A DNA stretch of 25,681 nucleotides, taken from a virus. Lineage: Duplodnaviria; Caudoviricetes. This document shows, in pieces, positions 23,788 through 25,681 of this stretch; position 1 is the stretch's first letter, and the number at the start of each line of letters is the position of its first letter. A program made the translations under genes and the position numbers. The DNA lies in the IMG/VR virus record IMGVR_UViG_3300007643_000022, positions 1 through 25,681 of that record; one strand, written 5' to 3'. Below the pieces are notes generated by a model. That model did no database searches. It was not told the DNA's origin and saw only the letters and a program-made list of their open reading frames with translations.

Positions 23788-24454
23788 CGCTCTGCACCTC
23801 CGGGGCTCGGATGAGGGCGAGCGCAGTCACACGGGCTGGATTGTCGTCCGTCACCTCGCGCCGAGTCGCTATCTTCATTCGTGGATGAAACGCCGCCATT
23901 ACATCGAAGTCTTCCGCACCTTCTGGATAGTGGAGCAGCGTGTAAACCCAACCATCGACGACGTCGAACCGATCCCAGCCACCATCACGCCAGCCTACCG
24001 ACTCTTGCTGCGGTGGGGGCGAGGCAAAGGCGCGCATGGTCGGCCTGCACACAAGGAGGACCTTACAGTCACGACAAACCGCATGATCTCCGTCACCGAC
24101 TTCTTCGCTCCATTCGTGCTGGCACTCCTCCGCGGGCTCCGCTGGGGTGGAGCGGAGGGCGGCGAGAATATCAATTAGCTCCTGCTCAGTCAGCAGAAAC
24201 CGCAATCCTCGGCCCCTTACATGCGGGGCTGCGTAAATCTGTTGCAACCGCTCGTCTAGCCGCTCCCTCTCCTGCTGGTCGGGGGCGCTCATCGCCAAAA
24301 ACTCGGCGTGCGCAGCTCGGGCGAGCTTGCGGTAGAAGATGCGCACCGCGTCGGGACGACTCTCCCAGTCCTCCAGGGGCCCACCCAACACGCGGTGCCA
24401 GATCCCACGGGCCATCCGGTCCGTCTCCTTCACGGTCATGCTGCTCGCGGTCAT
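23780..24454 (-). CDS. Hypothetical protein
   Basis: Start moved to ATG 24454 (ATGA overlap with 24451-24705). 224 aa, mosaic-looking, with CQHEW...CRDC. Confidence 0.6.
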   Translation of the reverse strand: MTASSMTVKETDRMARGIWHRVLGGPLEDWESRPDAVRIFYRKLARAAHAEFLAMSAPDQQERERLDERLQQIYAAPHVRGRGLRFLLTEQELIDILAALRSTPAEPAEECQHEWSEEVGDGDHAVCRDCKVLLVCRPTMRAFASPPPQQESVGWRDGGWDRFDVVDGWVYTLLHYPEGAEDFDVMAAFHPRMKIATRREVTDDNPARVTALALIRAPEVQSDE

Positions 24455-24705
24455 TGGATCCGCACCTTCAGCGTGTCGCCGGTCGGCAACAGGAGCTGGG
24501 CCTCGCCCCCACCGATCAGGACGTTCGCCGCGATCGTGTCCAGGGTGAGCACCGTCGTCCCCATCTGGACCGAAGCGAGCTCGTTTCGCAGAGCCGTGTT
24601 CTCCTGAGCCGTTCGGAACGCGTACACCCACGTCGCGACGGCGAAGATCACAGCAGCGAACCACAGCCCGATCCTCACGTCATCCGGCAGTCTCGTTGTC
24701 ACCAT
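24451..24705 (-). CDS. Small membrane protein
   Basis: 84 aa with TM segment IGLWFAAVIFAVATWVYAF. Confidence 0.65.
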   Translation of the reverse strand: MVTTRLPDDVRIGLWFAAVIFAVATWVYAFRTAQENTALRNELASVQMGTTVLTLDTIAANVLIGGGEAQLLLPTGDTLKVRIQ

Positions 24706-24706
24706 T

Positions 24707-24973
24707 TCAGACCCCCTTCGCGATGCGGATGCAGTTCGCGCAGAGGTCGCGGCAGGTATGGCGCGACGCGAGCGCAGCGAGCGCGTCTACGTTCGATGAA
24801 GGCTCGATCCCGAACCCCAGCAACTCCATCCCCCGAGGGACGTTGTTCTCGACCTTACACAGCGTCACTCCCCGCTTAGGGGAGAGATGCGACCGATGCC
24901 CCGGTCCCACTCGATTCGTGCGGGGCACCACAAGGTTGTAGAGCTGTGGCTTACGTCTCTTCGTCCTCACCAT
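24707..24973 (-). CDS. Hypothetical protein (His/Cys Zn-binding)
   Basis: 88 aa with GGAGGA RBS; SH...TLC...CANC. Confidence 0.65.
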   Translation of the reverse strand: MVRTKRRKPQLYNLVVPRTNRVGPGHRSHLSPKRGVTLCKVENNVPRGMELLGFGIEPSSNVDALAALASRHTCRDLCANCIRIAKGV

Positions 24974-25601
24974 CTGAATCCTCCAGTTTTGCAGCTACGA
25001 TTGACCACGCGGTCTCCCTGACCAGCATGTCCCACACCTTTCCCTTGATCGGGTCCTCCGGCCTCACACCGGCCGTCTGGGCGGCCTCGGCGGCGACCTG
25101 CGCCTTCTCGTCCCTACCGAGCCCGTCGTAGGCTGTACGGGCCCGGCGCTTGCGTTCAGCGTGTGCCGACTGGACATCGGCGAGCCGCTTGCGCTCGGCC
25201 TCCTCCTGACGCCGTTGCAGGAAGAGCTTCTCGTCGGCCCGGGTTTGGCGGCGGTACGTCTTGATCCTCTGATAGTGCGCCCGGACGAACGAGGCGTTCA
25301 TGCGGTCGGCCTTCATCCGCTCATCCGCCCACCGCCTCGCTGAGACGAAGAAGTCCCGCACCTCGTCCTCGTTGCCCAGGTCGGCCAAGACCTCGGAGCA
25401 CAGGTGCCGCAGAGCGGTCTTCTCCTTCCCCGACAGCCGGAGCACCCCCTCCCGCTCCGGAGCCATGTAGGCTTCAGCGAAGCGTGCCAGCTTCCGAACG
25501 TCGACCACCACCACCCGTTCTGGCTTCAAGTGTGTCGACCCCTTCGAGGGGTCAGACAGAGCGTTAGCTCTGTCGGGGTGTTCTACCCCCTCCCCTCTTA
25601 C
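24951..25601 (-). CDS. 5'-truncated protein, possibly the C-terminal part of a phage replication initiator/replisome organizer
   Basis: The frame stays open upstream of TTG 25529 to 25601 (VRGEGVEHPDRANALSDPSKGSTHLKPER...). The only in-frame stop (25605-25607) lies inside adapter sequence. The function is a guess from the RGEGVE-type linker and gene position. Confidence 0.45.
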   Translation of the reverse strand, partial: VRGEGVEHPDRANALSDPSKGSTHLKPERVVVVDVRKLARFAEAYMAPEREGVLRLSGKEKTALRHLCSEVLADLGNEDEVRDFFVSARRWADERMKADRMNASFVRAHYQRIKTYRRQTRADEKLFLQRRQEEAERKRLADVQSAHAERKRRARTAYDGLGRDEKAQVAAEAAQTAGVRPEDPIKGKVWDMLVRETAWSIVAAKLEDSDGEDEET

Positions 25602-25681
25602 CTGTCACTTATACACAACAGACGCTGCCGAAGAGCGATCTAGTGTAGATCTCGGTGGTCGCCGTATCATTAAAAAAAGAA
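25602..25681 (+). other. Untrimmed Illumina Nextera adapter (sequencing artefact)
   Basis: CTGTCaCTTATACACAaCaGACGCTGCCGAaGA (4 mismatches to the Nextera read-1 adapter reverse complement), then GCGATCTA (reverse complement of i5 index TAGATCGC), then exact GTGTAGATCTCGGTGGTCGCCGTATCATT (reverse complement of P5), then an A-run. Confidence 0.98.

Larger units (their letters stand above)
1..25601. mobile_element. Tailed dsDNA bacteriophage genome fragment (packaging/head module, divergent control region, small early genes, DNA metabolism genes)
   Basis: Terminase, portal, scaffold and capsid genes occur in canonical order. Genes are densely packed with ATGA/GTGA overlaps. No host housekeeping genes are visible. 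Confidence 0.95.

Noticed and set aside
25602-25620. Tn5/IS50-like transposon end
   Set aside because: It is followed by the Nextera spacer, an index and P5, so it is a library adapter rather than a genomic element.

Overview
This window is a ~25.6 kb fragment of a high-GC tailed dsDNA phage (Caudoviricetes); no integrase or host genes are visible. The left arm (minus strand, read from ~15186 down to 1) is one tightly coupled packaging/head operon. Its order is: two hypotheticals, patatin-like phospholipase, a ~240-nt non-coding gap predicted to fold into a long rod, terminase small subunit, GroES-like co-chaperonin, TerL ATPase half, Zn-ribbon protein, Asp-box (BNR) propeller protein, TerL nuclease half, two small ORFs, portal, lectin-like spike/fibre, small beta-rich protein, spike-base-like protein, scaffold and major capsid protein. 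The capsid gene runs off the left edge and is missing from the ORF track. A ~0.9 kb non-coding divergence region (15187-16113) carries G/C-skewed repeats, a perfect 21-bp homopyrimidine mirror repeat and candidate sigma70- and sigma54-type promoters. It is followed by about 19 small plus-strand genes (16114-21970), which converge on a minus-strand block containing a DEDDh exonuclease and a 5'-truncated possible replication protein. The last 80 nt are untrimmed Illumina Nextera adapter. The most unusual feature is the packaging module: TerL is split into two genes ~2 kb apart, its nuclease motif looks altered, a co-chaperonin sits inside the module, and a structured RNA candidate lies directly upstream of terS. 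All assignments come from motif recognition by eye; no searches were run.
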